DNA of 60,922 bases, counting the filler, from Dugesia japonica (taxonomy: Eukaryota), in NCBI GenBank assembly GCA_001938525.1. It is 6 parts of 6 records of this genome, joined end to end, with 100 filler letters (N's around TTAATTAATTAA, not from the genome) between each part and the next. Parts side by side here need not be neighbours in the genome. Positions count along the whole stretch, not along the records: positions 1 to 8,482 come from MQRL01628647.1; positions 8,583 to 17,391 come from MQRL01482191.1; 4 more parts are not named here. One strand, given 5' to 3'. Under the pieces are notes generated by a model. It ran no database searches, was not told where the DNA came from, and was given only the letters and a program-made list of their open reading frames with translations. Shown here in pieces: positions 1 through 13,135 of the stretch (position 1 is the stretch's first letter; each line of letters opens with the position of its first letter). A program made the position numbers and the translations under genes.

Positions 1-829
1 AAAAAAGTATATAGTATTTAATAATAATAAAAATTGGATTGAATAAAATTATATTAATTTATGATAATTATAATTAAAAATATTTGTTGAAAAAATTTGA
101 AATATAAAAAAATTAATAAAAAACAACTAATAATTAAACATTTAAAAATTTTCAATCTAATTAAGAATTTTAAGATTAAATTTTAAATAAAATTTATAAT
201 TTAAATAAACCAATAAAATTTTAATAAAATATAAAAAATTTTGTAACAATGTTCTAATATCGATTTAATCTATCAAAAAGTCATCATATTCCTGAAGAAG
301 ACAATTCTCGAAAATTTGAATATCTATAAAACATCAATTTAATGTGATAGAAGCTATATGGTTAAATACAACAATTATTCTCGNNNNNNNNNNNNNNNNN
401 NNNNNNNNNNNNNNNNNNNNNNNNNNNNNNNNNGGGAAGTCTCTGTAAAAAAGTATATAGTATTTAATAATAATAAAAATTGGATTGAATAAAATTATAT
501 TAATTTAAGATAATTATAATTAAAAATATTTGTTGAAAAAATTTGAAATATAAAAAAATTAATAAAAAACAACTAGTAATTAAACATTTAAAAATTTTCA
601 ATCTAATTAAGAATTTTGAGATTAAATTTTAAATAAAATTTATAATTTAAATAAACCAATAAAATTTTAATAAAATATAAAAAATTTGTAACAATGTTCT
701 AATATCGATTTAATCTATCAAAAAGTCATCATATTCCTGAAGAAGACAATTCTCGAAAATTNNNNNNNNNNNNNNNNNNNNNNNNNNNNNNNNNGAAGCT
801 ATATGGTTAAATACAACAATTATTCTCGC
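1..829. repeat. Near-identical direct duplication (1-383 vs 447-829) flanking an N gap; probably allelic or assembly duplication
   Basis: Both copies start AAAAAAGTATATAGTATTT and end ACAATTATTCTCG, with only a few substitutions. Confidence 0.8.
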
Positions 830-1489
830 AATAATTGTAATTATCATACATTTCAGTATTAAATAATTTCTTTAAATAGAAACCTATAAAAATATATTTT
901 ACTATATACACTGTAGTAATTTTTAAAAATAAATAGTAATATAATATAATTTATTAACAAATTATTTAAATTAAATTGAAAAATTTTCTAAGGTATGAAC
1001 TATTTTTTAAAATAGTATTTATCAGAGTACTGACAAAATACAACATATTAAAATAGTGGAATTTTCAACTAAGTGTTTAAAAGTCGTGATCAGATAATAT
1101 GATATAATAATATATTTGAGATTATTTAAAAAGATTAGGCCCTATAAAGAAAGTTTATGAAAAAGCTTTATATGAAAAAATATTTATATGAAATGGCTAT
1201 GAATCATTTATATTGACTAATTTATTCAAATCATGTTATTCGTGTTGGTACACTCGGAATAATGGTTGAATGTTGTGTATCTATTCGCAGGACATTGCAT
1301 TGGAATGTGTTTTTAAAATAAAATTAATTTGAATTTGAGGTTAATAAGAGAATATGTTGATATCATATTATTAAAGCAAAAAAATTTCTATTCTGAATCT
1401 ATTGCAATTTATGATTATAAGGATATTAATTTTAATTCTGTTAATTTTACAAATCATTACTAGCTTATATATATATATATATATATACT

Positions 1490-1935
1490 GGTTTTACACT
1501 CCAAATTCACCCTTTTACGTTTTAAATTCACCCCTTTACATCTCAAATTTACCTTTTTACCTTCCATTCTTGTATCTTTTAACCATAAATTTTAGAAGCA
1601 CATTAAATTCGCGGTAATATTACTTTTATCATGCATGATGTCATAATATTTTGGTTAACTTCTACATGATTACCCTATATTTTATATTATAAGACGCATT
1701 CATTTTAATAATTAATAAATAAAAATAATAATTTTATAAGTTTTTTAGAAGCAAAAGTTTAATGAAGATTAACTATGACTCCCACTAATAATTATACAGT
1801 AATTCATGTACATTAATACTTTTGATTTTCATTTAAGTATTTATAAATTTTTAAAGGGTGAATTTGAAGATGAAAATGGTGAATTTGAAGATGAAAATGG
1901 TGAATTTGAAATGTAAAATAGTGAATTTGAAGTGT
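1490..1935. mobile_element. Foldback/MITE-like element with inverted arms made of ~21-bp subrepeats
   Basis: AAATTCACC...TTTAC units at ~1500-1560 are the reverse complement of GGTGAATTTGAAGATGAAAAT units at ~1857-1935. Confidence 0.6.
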
Positions 1936-2136
1936 ATATATACTTTTTTTTATGGATTATACTTTTTATATCGATTTTTCCAAAAATTTAAAAACAAAGA
2001 AAATTTGTATTTTTCAAATATTTACGAGATAAAATGCTAATATTAATCATTTATAAAATTAAAATTAATTTTATTAAATATTAATTATATATTTAATTTG
2101 TTCTATTATGAATATAATTAATTTTAATATATTTAG

Positions 2137-2481
2137 ATTAATCGAAATCAATCTGGATATACTAGAAATGATAATAATAATAATAATACAACATATACGT
2201 ACGACCCAGGTTTAGGTGTTGCAACAGGAGTTGGTCTTGGAATTGGTTTAGGAGCCGCAATGACTGTTCCAATATGGGCTATGGGTAGTGTGTGGTGCCA
2301 ACCTACAATTATTCATACTGGTGCACCCATGTTGGGAGTGGAAACTGTTACCATGACTAATGATATTTCAGTACTCCCTACCGCGGGTGCTGATTTTACA
2401 ACAACAGTAACGACTACTGATTTTAATACAAATTTTGGTCCCACCTTTGGTAATGATTTTGGACCCGAGTTTGTATTTTAA
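2137..2481 (+). CDS. Probable terminal coding exon of a host gene with a Gly-rich hydrophobic segment (weakly reminiscent of evectin/PLEKHB-type C-termini)
   Basis: TTTAG acceptor ends at 2136. Open frame INRNQSGYTRNDNNNNNTTYTYDPGLGVATGVGLGIGLGAAMTVPIWAMGSVW...FGPTFGNDFGPEFVF*. GC is raised relative to the flanks. Confidence 0.55.
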   Translation: MNRNQSGYTRNDNNNNNTTYTYDPGLGVATGVGLGIGLGAAMTVPIWAMGSVWCQPTIIHTGAPMLGVETVTMTNDISVLPTAGADFTTTVTTTDFNTNFGPTFGNDFGPEFVF

Positions 2482-2631
2482 ATTTTTTAAGCTTATAGTG
2501 AACCTAGTTTTGCTTTCCATTAATAAATATTTTGCCAATCATTTTTGTAAAAAAATGAATTTCTTTTTGACATTTACTTAGGTATTTATTTAATTGAAAT
2601 TTATTTATCATTTCACCAGGATTTGCTTTCG

Positions 2632-2751
2632 TGATAACTAAATATTATGAGAAATTCTGATTCCGAATCCTTGATAACCAAATATTATGAGAAATTCTGA
2701 TTCCGAATCCTTGATAACCGAATATTATGAGAAATTCTGATTCCGAATCCT
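2632..2751 (+). repeat. Minisatellite, 3 x 40 bp
   Basis: TGATAAC(T/C)(A/G)AATATTATGAGAAATTCTGATTCCGAATCCT repeated with a 40-bp period. Confidence 0.9.
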
Positions 2752-3089
2752 TTTGAATCAGTATTCTTTCTAATATTCGTCGAATCCGATTCTTTTAACT
2801 ACAAAATTTTAAACAATACAATTTTTTTAAAATTTTTTGAGGTTTTATAAAGCATTAAAACAGAGAAACTAAAATTTATATTTTATTTTTACTAGGTTAT
2901 TTACTCAAAAACGTGATTTTTTAAAAGACATCATTAAAAAAACAAGATTAAACCAGAAAAAAAACATTATAAACGGAAGCAGATTAAATGTAAAAAAAAA
3001 TTATTTGTATGTTATATTTTCATACAAATAGATGAAAATTTATTTAAAAAAATGAATGGATACAAATTCGGATTGCTTAAATATTGTCC

Positions 3090-4060
3090 TGCCAGTGTAT
3101 TTATTTGGATTAATAAAATGTATTAAAATTTAGAAGTTATAGTAATAAGAATTTTTGGGTAATTTTTGGATAATCTTAGTCAATTATTTCCTCACGAGGA
3201 TTAGTTTTAGGTGAATTTGAGCGATAATTTCCTCGGGTTTTTCAATTTAGGTTGAAATTTTACGGAAATTCATGGAAAAGGTTGAAATTGTTAAAATTTT
3301 TGCGGTAAATTGGTAAAATTAGGTCATCTTTGTTTAAATTTTCAGTTTTTAAAATTTTTTAAATCAAATTTTTTATGGGAATCGGGAACTTCAAAAATTT
3401 CGAAATTTTTTTTTTCATCAATCGATGTAGAATTTGATGGAGATTATTTTTCACACATAAATATTTTTCGAAAAACTTTTTTCTTTTCTTTTCATGAAAT
3501 AATCATGTCTATTAGATAGAAAATCTTTCGCAGATTCCAAATATATAAACCGAAAATCACCAAAGTTTATCCGGTATGAAATAAATGGGGTTTTGTGGTG
3601 AAAAATCTCAAATTTTGAATTTGGTGCTCAATTTTCTTTACGTACACAACTCGTATGGTTTCAAATTTGGTATCATTAAACTCAAGAGTAAAAAGTGACT
3701 GTGCAAAATTAAAATATCATCTCGGCAAAAGTGGTTCCTAACGAAGATATTTAGCTGTCCTCCCGGACTTGGTAACTTTTTTCGAAAATTGAAAAAGTAT
3801 CTCAAAGTTGAATAATGAGATATCTATTCGATAGAGTTTTTCACGGATTCCAAATATATAAACCTAAAATCATCAAACCTTATAGTTAAAAGTTATATTG
3901 AAAAAACATGTACTTACTTTGGGAGTCAGTGAGAACCAATGATATAAGTAGGAAAAAATGAAAAGTATCTCAAATTTGAACATCAAAGTATCTATTAGAT
4001 AAAGTTTCGCTGATTCTTAATATCATTATTTAAAATTGTTAATATTTATTAGAGACTAGT
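3090..4060 (+). repeat. Dispersed non-coding repeat family with internal subrepeats (related inverted copy at ~44150-45650)
   Basis: TTTTACGGAAATTC and TTTTATGGGAATCGGG here match CCCGAATTCCCATAAAA and GAATTTCCGTAAAA near 45030-45090. TCTATT(A/C)GATAG motifs recur. Confidence 0.55.
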
Positions 4061-4299
4061 AAACTCCGAAAAACAAAGTGTAATATAAACTGTCATGAGA
4101 AAAATTTATTTGAATAAACAAAAATATAGAACAGTGATTTTACATACTCCAACCTTTCCTGGAATTGATAAATTTTCCAGTTTGGCCAGAATTAATGCTG
4201 CTTTATAAAAAAAATAAAAACTGTACACTATGCATAACGTTAATGAGACTTAAAGTTCATATCCTCTTTCTTCTTGGTTACCCATCTTATTAATATGGA

Positions 4300-6500
4300 A
4301 TTACCAATTTTTTGAGGACCATTTGATGGATTTGATCATTGTTGTTTTGGTAAAATCATACATTGTACCTTTTTAGATTCAGGTAATTAAGTGCCTTTTC
4401 GTTTTCTTTGCTCCTTGATCCAAGACAGACAATTGAAATTGTGTCCAGGTAAACTGTCCAAGTCATCATATTTTTTCTAATTATGTCAGTTAATGGACTT
4501 TACTTGTGGATATTTCTGTCTCTTGCTGTTTGAATATTTGCTTCTTTGTCACATGGAACTTTCAAATCTACAAGCACAATTCTTTTGATCTTTTTCATTA
4601 TATGTAACTTCACTAGTAGATTACTGTTAGCAAATTCACATGTTTGGTCAACAACTACTTTGTGATATGTTGACTTTTGAATAACTTAAGCTAGCATATC
4701 ATCATGTCTTCTATTCCTGAAATTTGCGTTCGGTAACAGTGACATAAAATATGAGCTTGGGTTTTTTGGATATTTTTTGCATTTCTTAATTAGCGTACCT
4801 GGATGGCAATTAATTGCGTGTTGATTGGTTCGTGCTTTGTGAATAAAATTCTAGTCTTTTATAGAAATCGAACCATCATACAAAATTTTGTTTGAAATAG
4901 ACGAGGATCCAATCTCAGTAGCAACATTTCTTTCAAGCAATTTCCAGATATTCCAATGAGCTTTTTTCATCCATTTATGAATAGGTTTGGTAGCACTGTA
5001 TTTGTCGTTGGGGTGAATCAATATATTTCATTCATCTTCTGGATAGATTATTATGATTGCGAAATTATCATTGTTTAATTTGAAAAGAACCTGAATTTTG
5101 AACTGATTTTGAATATGACAAATGGCATTTTAAACTTTAGACCACCAAAATTTTAATTCAAGTGAGTGGTATTGAGACTGAGTCATGTGAGTGCACCCTG
5201 AAGATAGCAGAATCCAGAAAAGTTTTTGATTTGATGAGATGCTGAGTGAATCAGGTCAATAATTGCAATTGCTTTGACTAGAATGTCACACGAAACAAGC
5301 ATTCGAAAGGCTTGAAATACGTGCTCATCTAGAGTACAGGTTAAACAAACTCCATCAAATTTGAGATTAGCATAGATGTAGTTTGAAGTTAGGAACAGAT
5401 AAGCTAAATTTAAGTTGTTTACGAATCAATCGATCAAGTTCTTTGTATCCAAGAATATTTGATGCATGCTGATATTCACCGGATTGGAATTTTTATGACT
5501 GGAATGTTGAAATATCTGAAAGCAAAAGTGAAACTTGAGTGAATAAAAGTTGCGTAGGCATGGATCTTTTGCCATGGAAAGAGTATATAATTTGCAACCT
5601 GTTCAAGATTACATACAGCTTTATTGAAGAGTTGATAAGATGACTGAAAGTGATCATGACCGAAATCGACTCCAAGATATCTATATGTTTCATTTTAGGC
5701 CAATTTCGATTTTTGCATTATTAATAGATATTTTTGCTTCAACACCATTAATGGAACATGGCATGTACGCACATTTGTCAGGTTTAAAATTCAAAGACGA
5801 TTAAGAAGCAATGAAAGTTGCTTTGTTTATCATTAATTGCAATTTAAATTTTGTAATAGCCAGAAGAAATATTAGCCAGATCATCAGGCAAGATATTCTA
5901 TGACCAGCATTAATAATACCAGCATTTTCAACTTTCCAGCATTCAATATTTATAGAATTTATTTCAATGTTAAAAAGTAATATGAATACAGGACATCCTT
6001 GACAAACACCTATTTTATTAGAAATTAGCTTTGTTGAAGTCGATTCACNGATATAATAACTAGCACAATTTGTGTAGAGACATTTAATCAAATTGGTAGA
6101 AAGGTTTGAAACAACAATTTGATTCAACAGTTCGATAATATGATCAATAGTGATACAACTAAATGCATCAGGAATATTAAGGAATCCAATGTGTAGGAGA
6201 CATTATTCAATACATGTGAACTGCGTTTACGAAAGGATAATTGTTTTGTGATTTAATAACTCGAAGTAACAAAAAATTGAACATATCGCAACTAAGACTT
6301 GGAGAACAAAGATTCCAATCTNNNNNNNNNNNNNNNNNNNNNNNNNNNNNNNNNNNNNNNNNNNNNNNNNNNNNNNNNNNNNNNNNNNNNNNNNNNNNNN
6401 NNATTATCAAATCACAAACTGCTTTGGGGGCGAAGTTATATTTAATACGTAGTTTAACTTCAATTTCAGCACGCTTGATCCCCTTGAAATTTTGAAATTA
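4300..6500 (-). pseudogene. Decayed non-LTR retrotransposon of the restriction-like-endonuclease class (R2/R4/NeSL-like): RT + CCHC + RLE
   Basis: Minus-strand motifs GVCQGCPVFILLFNI (RT), FKPDKC, C..KTQAHILCHC plus RNRRHDD (CCHC/RHD), and RIVLVDLKVPCDKEANIQTARDRN (RLE D-x-K). Many stops and frameshifts. Confidence 0.75.
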
Positions 6501-7059
6501 ATAGTTAATAGCTATGAATATTGCGTAAATTATGAATAAACTTTGTAAACTTCTGTTCAGCTGCATTATAATCTAATCCTTCCAAATCAGCAAGTGTGTA
6601 GCTCAAACAAATCTTTCTTTACTTGTTATTTTATAATACAAATTTGGAGGTTGAAAGACTTTTGAAGATTCATTAATTATTCCCTGTTTCGATCTGATTT
6701 TAGCAGTTTTGATATTATAAACTGAAATACTATTAATAATATTCGAAATGAGGCCACAAACTATTGGACCTCTATCATAATTATTATTAGTTGTAATTTG
6801 CTGATGAGAAGGTACTATTATAAAATTGATATCAGATCGTCTACAGAAAATATTTAAATAAGAAACTAAAGTAAAACCCAGTTTCTCTAAATCATCTAAT
6901 TAATCTGCCATAACTGAATTAATAAAATTTGCAGATTTAGTGATTAAATTGAAGACAAAAAGATTCCAACGTATTTCTTCCAAATTATATGGGCAGAAAA
7001 TGATTTTGATATTTTTAAACATTTTATAGCTAATAAAATCGATAATAAAAGATTCCCCA

Positions 7060-8060
7060 TAATTAGCTCGTTATCCAGAGCTGAAGAATTTTGACCCGCC
7101 TAATCTATCAAGAATCTCTTCCACATTTGGCTTTGGAAATGTTTGTCTTTCTGTAATAGCGTTCAGCTGTCGAAAATCCAGAAAGAGACGAATGTCTTTC
7201 TTTTCTTTTTCCCAGATATATACCAGTGGAGTGTTCCATGTTAAATTGCATTTTCGTATAATTCCCGTAATAGATTACGTACCCCTTCGTTTATCTTTTC
7301 CTCTAAGTTTATAGGTGTCCTTCAGGGCTTAACATTTATAGGTTCTCCTTTTGTTATTATTTTATGCTTGACCAGTTTTGTGCATCCTATGTCCCATTTA
7401 TCTGCCATAAAGATATTGGAATGTTTTCTTATCATCTACTTTTCCAATGTATATATCTCGCTCAAAGGTTTTTGACATCTTTCTTCCCCTCTTTTAATGT
7501 TTCCAAAATGCAGTTCAATATTGTAAATCCAATCTTGATTATATTTTTCTGTTGTATCTATCCAACGTAGTTCTAATCCAAAACTGGTTTGCAACTCGAT
7601 GCCACCAATTATGCTAGGAATTACCTTTTCCACAACTACGAAATTAATCCATCTAGTCGTATTGCCGATCCTCACTTCCACCTCAACTCTTCCTTTGGTA
7701 CATAATGAACTGTCGTTAGCACACCGTAGTCCGCTCTTAGTTGCTAATAACGGGGCATCTTTGAATTTGTTAAACACATCTATACCCATCACATTAATCT
7801 TTGCTCCGCTATGCAGTAGGCATTCAAACTCNATGTTTTGGATTTTNATCGCAATACTCGGTCTAGTCTGCATTATATCACTTCTAATCATTTCTTTCTA
7901 CTGTTTTCTTTCTCCTTGACTTTGTTCTCTGATGCTTTATATCTTTCTTCTAGCTTCGGGTCAATCATCTTGCCGATTACAATTTCTTCTAAATCTTTAG
8001 GAATTTTGGCAGCTTTGAAGAATCTACTAAGTTTGAGCCTGGCGTGGTTGCCATATTAGC
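7060..8060 (-). pseudogene. Ty3/gypsy gag-end/protease/RT N-terminal fragment
   Basis: CLLHSGAKINV (degenerate DSG) ... IIGGIEL; DIRLFLDFRQLNAITERQTFPKPNVEEILDRLGGSKFFS. Confidence 0.8.
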
Positions 8061-8482
8061 AAGAAAAACACAATCATCATCCAAAGTTACTATGAATTGA
8101 AAAACTGACTCAGAAAGGTTTTGATATTCAAACAAATATAGGCAATATTTATTTTAATTATTTTCTTGAAATATTTTAAATTTCAAAAATTCTATGAATA
8201 TTTTAATTGCGCATATAAATTTGAAATTAAACAATTCAAATATAATTCTCACAAAATGAAAAAACTTTGTCCAAATAACCTGTACGCATTAAGACAGTTT
8301 ATTAAGAATACTCTCATTGGTGATTTTTCCCAAAATCGATGAAGCATCTTTATGATCAATAGTCATCTGGTGCTCGAATACAAATTTAATTGTTTCTAAG
8401 TTGGATTTATTTTCGGACTAAAGTTTATTTCAAAAAATAGTGTAACACTCCTCAGGGATTATTGTTGGTTAGTGTTTTATTT

Positions 8483-8582
8483 NNNNNNNNNNNNNNNNNN
8501 NNNNNNNNNNNNNNNNNNNNNNNNNNTTAATTAATTAANNNNNNNNNNNNNNNNNNNNNNNNNNNNNNNNNNNNNNNNNNNN
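8483..8582. other. Artificial contig spacer N44-TTAATTAATTAA-N44
   Basis: Exact 100-bp pattern with stops in all six frames; occurs five times in the window. Confidence 0.97.
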
Positions 8583-8864
8583 CTTTCATTGTATTACTTA
8601 CTTATTTATAAATTACTAAATAAAAATTCATCTGAAATCTATGTTTTTAATATTTGTATTTTAATAATTTGTTTTAATTTGAAAAAAATGTTTATTATAA
8701 TGTGTAAAAAATTATTTGGAAATCAATTATAATTTTTTTAATGGATAATTGATTATATTACAGGAGTTTACAAGTTAATTTAAATATTTACAAACTTAAT
8801 TTAAATAGTTTTATTAAAATTTTTTATTTTGATGTAATTTTCTGTAATATATGCAGTTTTTAAT

Positions 8865-9760
8865 TCTTTGTCGAATGGTATCAAAATATTTAGAAAATAT
8901 TATCATTATTTATAACTATTATCATTGTATATTATCTAGAGAAAAATGCATTTTTTTAATAGTAGTCTTTTAGACAATGTAACGTTTTATTTTGAGTTGA
9001 ATAATATCAAATTCATCATAGTAATAAACATAATGAAAATTGTACTGATTTATAACATTAATATTGCTCGGGGAGTAGCTATAAGTTAATAAATTAATTA
9101 AATTTATTGGGCTTTACAGGGTTTAAATGGGATTGTTTAGGGTTTTAAAAATTTTCTATTAAATTTTATAGGGTGTTATAAAGGTTTCTATGATTTCTAT
9201 GGAACACATCCAGTTTATTCAATATCCATACGGTATTAGGTAATAATTTACTAAAACAAATGATACACGTGTAACATAATAAAAGTTTTGACAAAATATA
9301 CACTATTAAGTAATAATTCCCGGAAAACAGGCATGATTACATAATAACTTTCTAAAACACATGCAGTATTACATCAGTGGGTGGGTGTTCTAGTGCGCTA
9401 CTATCTATCTAGTTTTTAGAAAATTTATAATAGAATTTCATTGACTTTTAGTAAAGTTTTGATAAATCTCTTATACTTCTTTAAAAACTTAAAACAATCC
9501 CATTTAAACCCTGTAAACCCCAATAAATTTAATTAATTTATTAAATTATAGCTACTCCCCGAAAAATATTAATGTTATAAATCAGTATAATTTTCATTAT
9601 GTTTAATAATATGATGAATTTGATACTATTCAACTCAAAATAAAGTTACCTTTACACTGTCTAAAAATTTACTATCGAAAAAATGCTTCCTTTTCGAGAT
9701 AATATATAATGACAATAGTTATATATAATCATAATATTTTGTTACCATTCGACTCAGAAT
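8865..9760. mobile_element. Long inverted-repeat (foldback/MITE) element, ~300-bp arms
   Basis: ~8865-9170 (…CGGGGAGTAGCTATAA…GGGTTTAAATGGGATTG) is the reverse complement of ~9460-9760 (CAATCCCATTTAAACCC…TATAGCTACTCCCCG). Confidence 0.85.
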
Positions 9761-10749
9761 AAAAAGAATAAATATAAATATATATAAGTATGTTTTCAAA
9801 AGCTAGTTGAAATTTTTGTATGATTGGAGATCATTTTTCATAAAATATTTTAATTTTAAAATATTTAAATATTAGATAAAAATTTAAATAACAAATGAGT
9901 ATTTTGTTTTAAATTTTAAATGACGAGTTAATAATAATTTCAATATAAAGTTTCTTTCGAAGAATAGTCAACCACTGAAAATTTTGTCGTTTAGACAATT
10001 CTTCGCATTGGCGACAATTAAAGGTGTTCTGAAGTTTGTTTTGAATTCTTAAACCAAAAAATATTAATTCTCTTCTTCTTAAGAATTTAATAATAAATTT
10101 AATAATAAAGTAAAATTTTTGTTTGAAATTTTGATATTTGAAAAATGATCACCAATTAAAACATGGAATTTTAATTTGTTTGAATAAAGAAATAGTGTTG
10201 GATATAGTTTGGTTTTGTTTAGTTTTGTTTAGTTTTTTTTGCAATCACAGAGAGATTGTTGCCAAAAATATTTTGCAGAGGCGATGATCTAGAGAATTTC
10301 ATTAAACAGTGTGAAATATACTTCGAGGCAAAGAACATCGTTATTAAGAAAGATCAGGAGCGCTTCATAAAATTTGTGCTTGATGAAGATTTAATGGAAG
10401 CATATGTGAAAACATTGAAGTAAGCGGACGGATATCGAGATAGATTGCGATTAGCTTTTGAGAGCAAGAGAGATGTAATAAAAGATTTGCAGAACCTTGT
10501 AAGCTATCGACGTGGTGATACTATAATGAACTTTGAATTGATTCGAAATTGTTTTATACAAATCATTATAAACAATTTAATACATTACTATTTTCGCTTA
10601 CTCGAAAACAAAGAAACCAATGTAAGGAAATTTATTATACAAGATTTTATTTTTTCTACTTTCCACAGTTGCTAAATTTTCAATAAAAATTTTACTATTA
10701 AAAGATGGTTTTGATGATTCATTTTATAAATCTTAATCTGAAGTTACAT

Positions 10750-12153
10750 TTTTAATTTTTTTTCATTTTCTAATATTTTCAAAAGTCTTGCCATAAAAGG
10801 CTTTGTTTAATAATTTGAAATAGTTTGTCACCAAAAATATCTTTATATGCTTTTGCTTCTTTTCTTTTTTCAATATTGTGTAAAATATAACTCTTGAGTC
10901 AATAACTAATTTTCATTATAATTTTAATATGAGCTTTTTTTTTAAATAATTCCTTGTTTAAGATAATAATCTAAATTGCTTCCTAGTAGAATATAATTTT
11001 ATATCCAATTGGTTTAATACAAGCTTTTTATTTTTTGGCTAGTTATTTTACCTAACAGTTGTTTTTAAAAATCAATAAGCATGTCATATGTTGTTTCTTG
11101 TTGATCAACACAAAGTGAATAATATCTAGTTTTTTCTTTTATTGAATCTGGATATTCTAAATCTACTTCATAAATATAGTCAATAAATATTCCATGATCA
11201 ATTTTACCTGATGAGTCTACGAATTCCTGATTAGTAGTTGGAATATAAATCAAATTATTGCATTCAATAAATTCTCCAGTTGATAATATTTTAGTCATAC
11301 AAGCTGCATACAAACTATTTTCATCAAAATCTTTAAATGTATTATTTGGTGAAGATTTTACATAACGATTACCATTGAATCCAGAAAATCCTCATCTTAT
11401 CCCTCGTTCATTTTTTAATAATTTATCATAATCTTCAGATTTTACATAATTTAAATTGTTTTGGCAAATTTCATTCCAGTATTCAAAGTGAAACCTGGAG
11501 CAGATTAGCAATAGAAATGGTCTGTTCCATTTTCAATTAAACATTTATTTCTAAAGATTTCAAAAAAGTCTGCAAGGATAAATACATCTAGTTTCATCTA
11601 ATATTTATTATATTCCCACATGTTGACATGAGATTTGTATTCCTGTAAAAATAATTCATATTCTTTGTCTGTCATTTTCTTTGGTTTTAGTTCATTAAAA
11701 AAAGTCTTTTTAACTAGGAATATTATCACTTGTTAATTTTTGATAAACTGATTTATAATCTAATCCTTTAACATATTTATAGGGAAAAAACCTTTTTAGG
11801 AAAAAAGCCTTGATATTTTAATAATGGATATTTCTTTGCTTTTAAAATATTTTCTCCCATTGATTCTATAGAAATAAATGGACACATTTTAAGGGTATCT
11901 AAAAATTTAATTCGTTACAATATTAAATTACATTTTCTTTGAATTTAATTTGTACAAGCATCATAATGAGAAAGATAAATAAAGTATATTTCAAATTTTT
12001 CACCTGATACTTCAAATACATTTACTAGAAAATTCTTCTTCTTTTCGAATCTCTTTATCTCACAAATTTTCATTGGAAATTCTATTCCTGTAAAATCAAA
12101 ATCATTTTCATGTGATTTATAACTCAAAACATAATGTAAAGAAGGTGTCAAAA
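10750..12153 (-). pseudogene. Decayed protein-primed type-B DNA polymerase (Polinton/Maverick-like)
   Basis: FTGIEFPMKICEIKRFEK..VNVF, KGFFPYKY, LDVFILADFFE, SAPGF, ERGIR.GFS, DFDENSLYAACM..L.TGEF, YIYEVDLEYP. Confidence 0.8.
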
Positions 12154-12544
12154 NNNNNNNNNNNNNNNNNNNNNNNNNNNNNNNNNNNNNNNNNNNNNNN
12201 NNNNNNNNNNNNNNNNNNNNNNNNNNNNNNNNNNNNNNNNNNNNNNNNNNNNNNNNNNNNNNNNNNCTAAATTGCTGGATAAACTGTTTCAAACAAGAAG
12301 ATTGAATGGGTGAAAGAATTAGAAGACGTTTTTAATGGAATGAACGAAGTACTAATGATATCTCCAATATTATGTTTTCTAGATATAAAAAGATAATTTA
12401 CACGGATGCAAGTTTTGACACGATTAGTGCAGTACTATCTCAAAGAGACAACAATCGACAGAAAGAGCAATTACATATGAGTCTCACACAATGACGAGTC
12501 ATGAGAAAGTATATTGTACTACGCGGAAAGAATTACTCGCAATT

Positions 12545-13135
12545 TACTAATTTTGTATTCATTTCAAACATTGCTTATATGGAAAGATATTTATTCTTAA
12601 AACCGATAATAAGGCTATCACTTTTATGCTAAATACCAACAAACCGATAATATCACAGTTTCAAACCTGAATTAATTATTTGAACAGTTTAGATATAAAT
12701 TGGAATATAGAAAAGTATTGCTTCATACAAATACGGATATGTTGTCAAGGAGTAAATGCGATACATGTGCACAATGTCTAATGTCACATGAAGATCCCAA
12801 CAGTGGAAAATTAAAAACAAGGATACAGTTAAATACTGTTAAATACTACTTTTGTATTCATTTCAAACATTACTTATATGAGAAGAGATTTATCCTCATA
12901 ACAGACCATAAAGCTACCAGTTTTATGCTAAATACCAAAAATCCGATCACTTCACAGTTTCAAACCTGGATTAATTATTTGAGCAGTTTAGATATAAAAT
13001 TAAAATATAGAAAAGTATCGCTTCATACAAATTCGGATATGTTGTCAAGGAGTAAATGTGATACATGTGGACAGTGTCTAATGTCACACAAAGATCCCAA
13101 AAGTGGAGAATTAAAAACAAGGATGTTAAATACAG
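12545..13135 (+). repeat. ~300-bp tandem duplication inside the gypsy RNase H
   Basis: YFCIHFKH…KYRKV.LHTN.DMLSRSKCDTC.QCLMSH.DP.SG.LKTR occurs twice. Confidence 0.85.

Noticed and set aside
1858-2040. MNLKMKMVNLK repeat ORF
   Set aside because: Translation of the 21-bp subrepeats of a foldback element.
2632-2751. CRISPR-like repeats
   Set aside because: Units are head-to-tail with no unique spacers; a eukaryotic minisatellite.
8527-8538. Conserved TTAATTAATTAA motif recurring every ~10 kb
   Set aside because: Assembly linker embedded in Ns, not biological.
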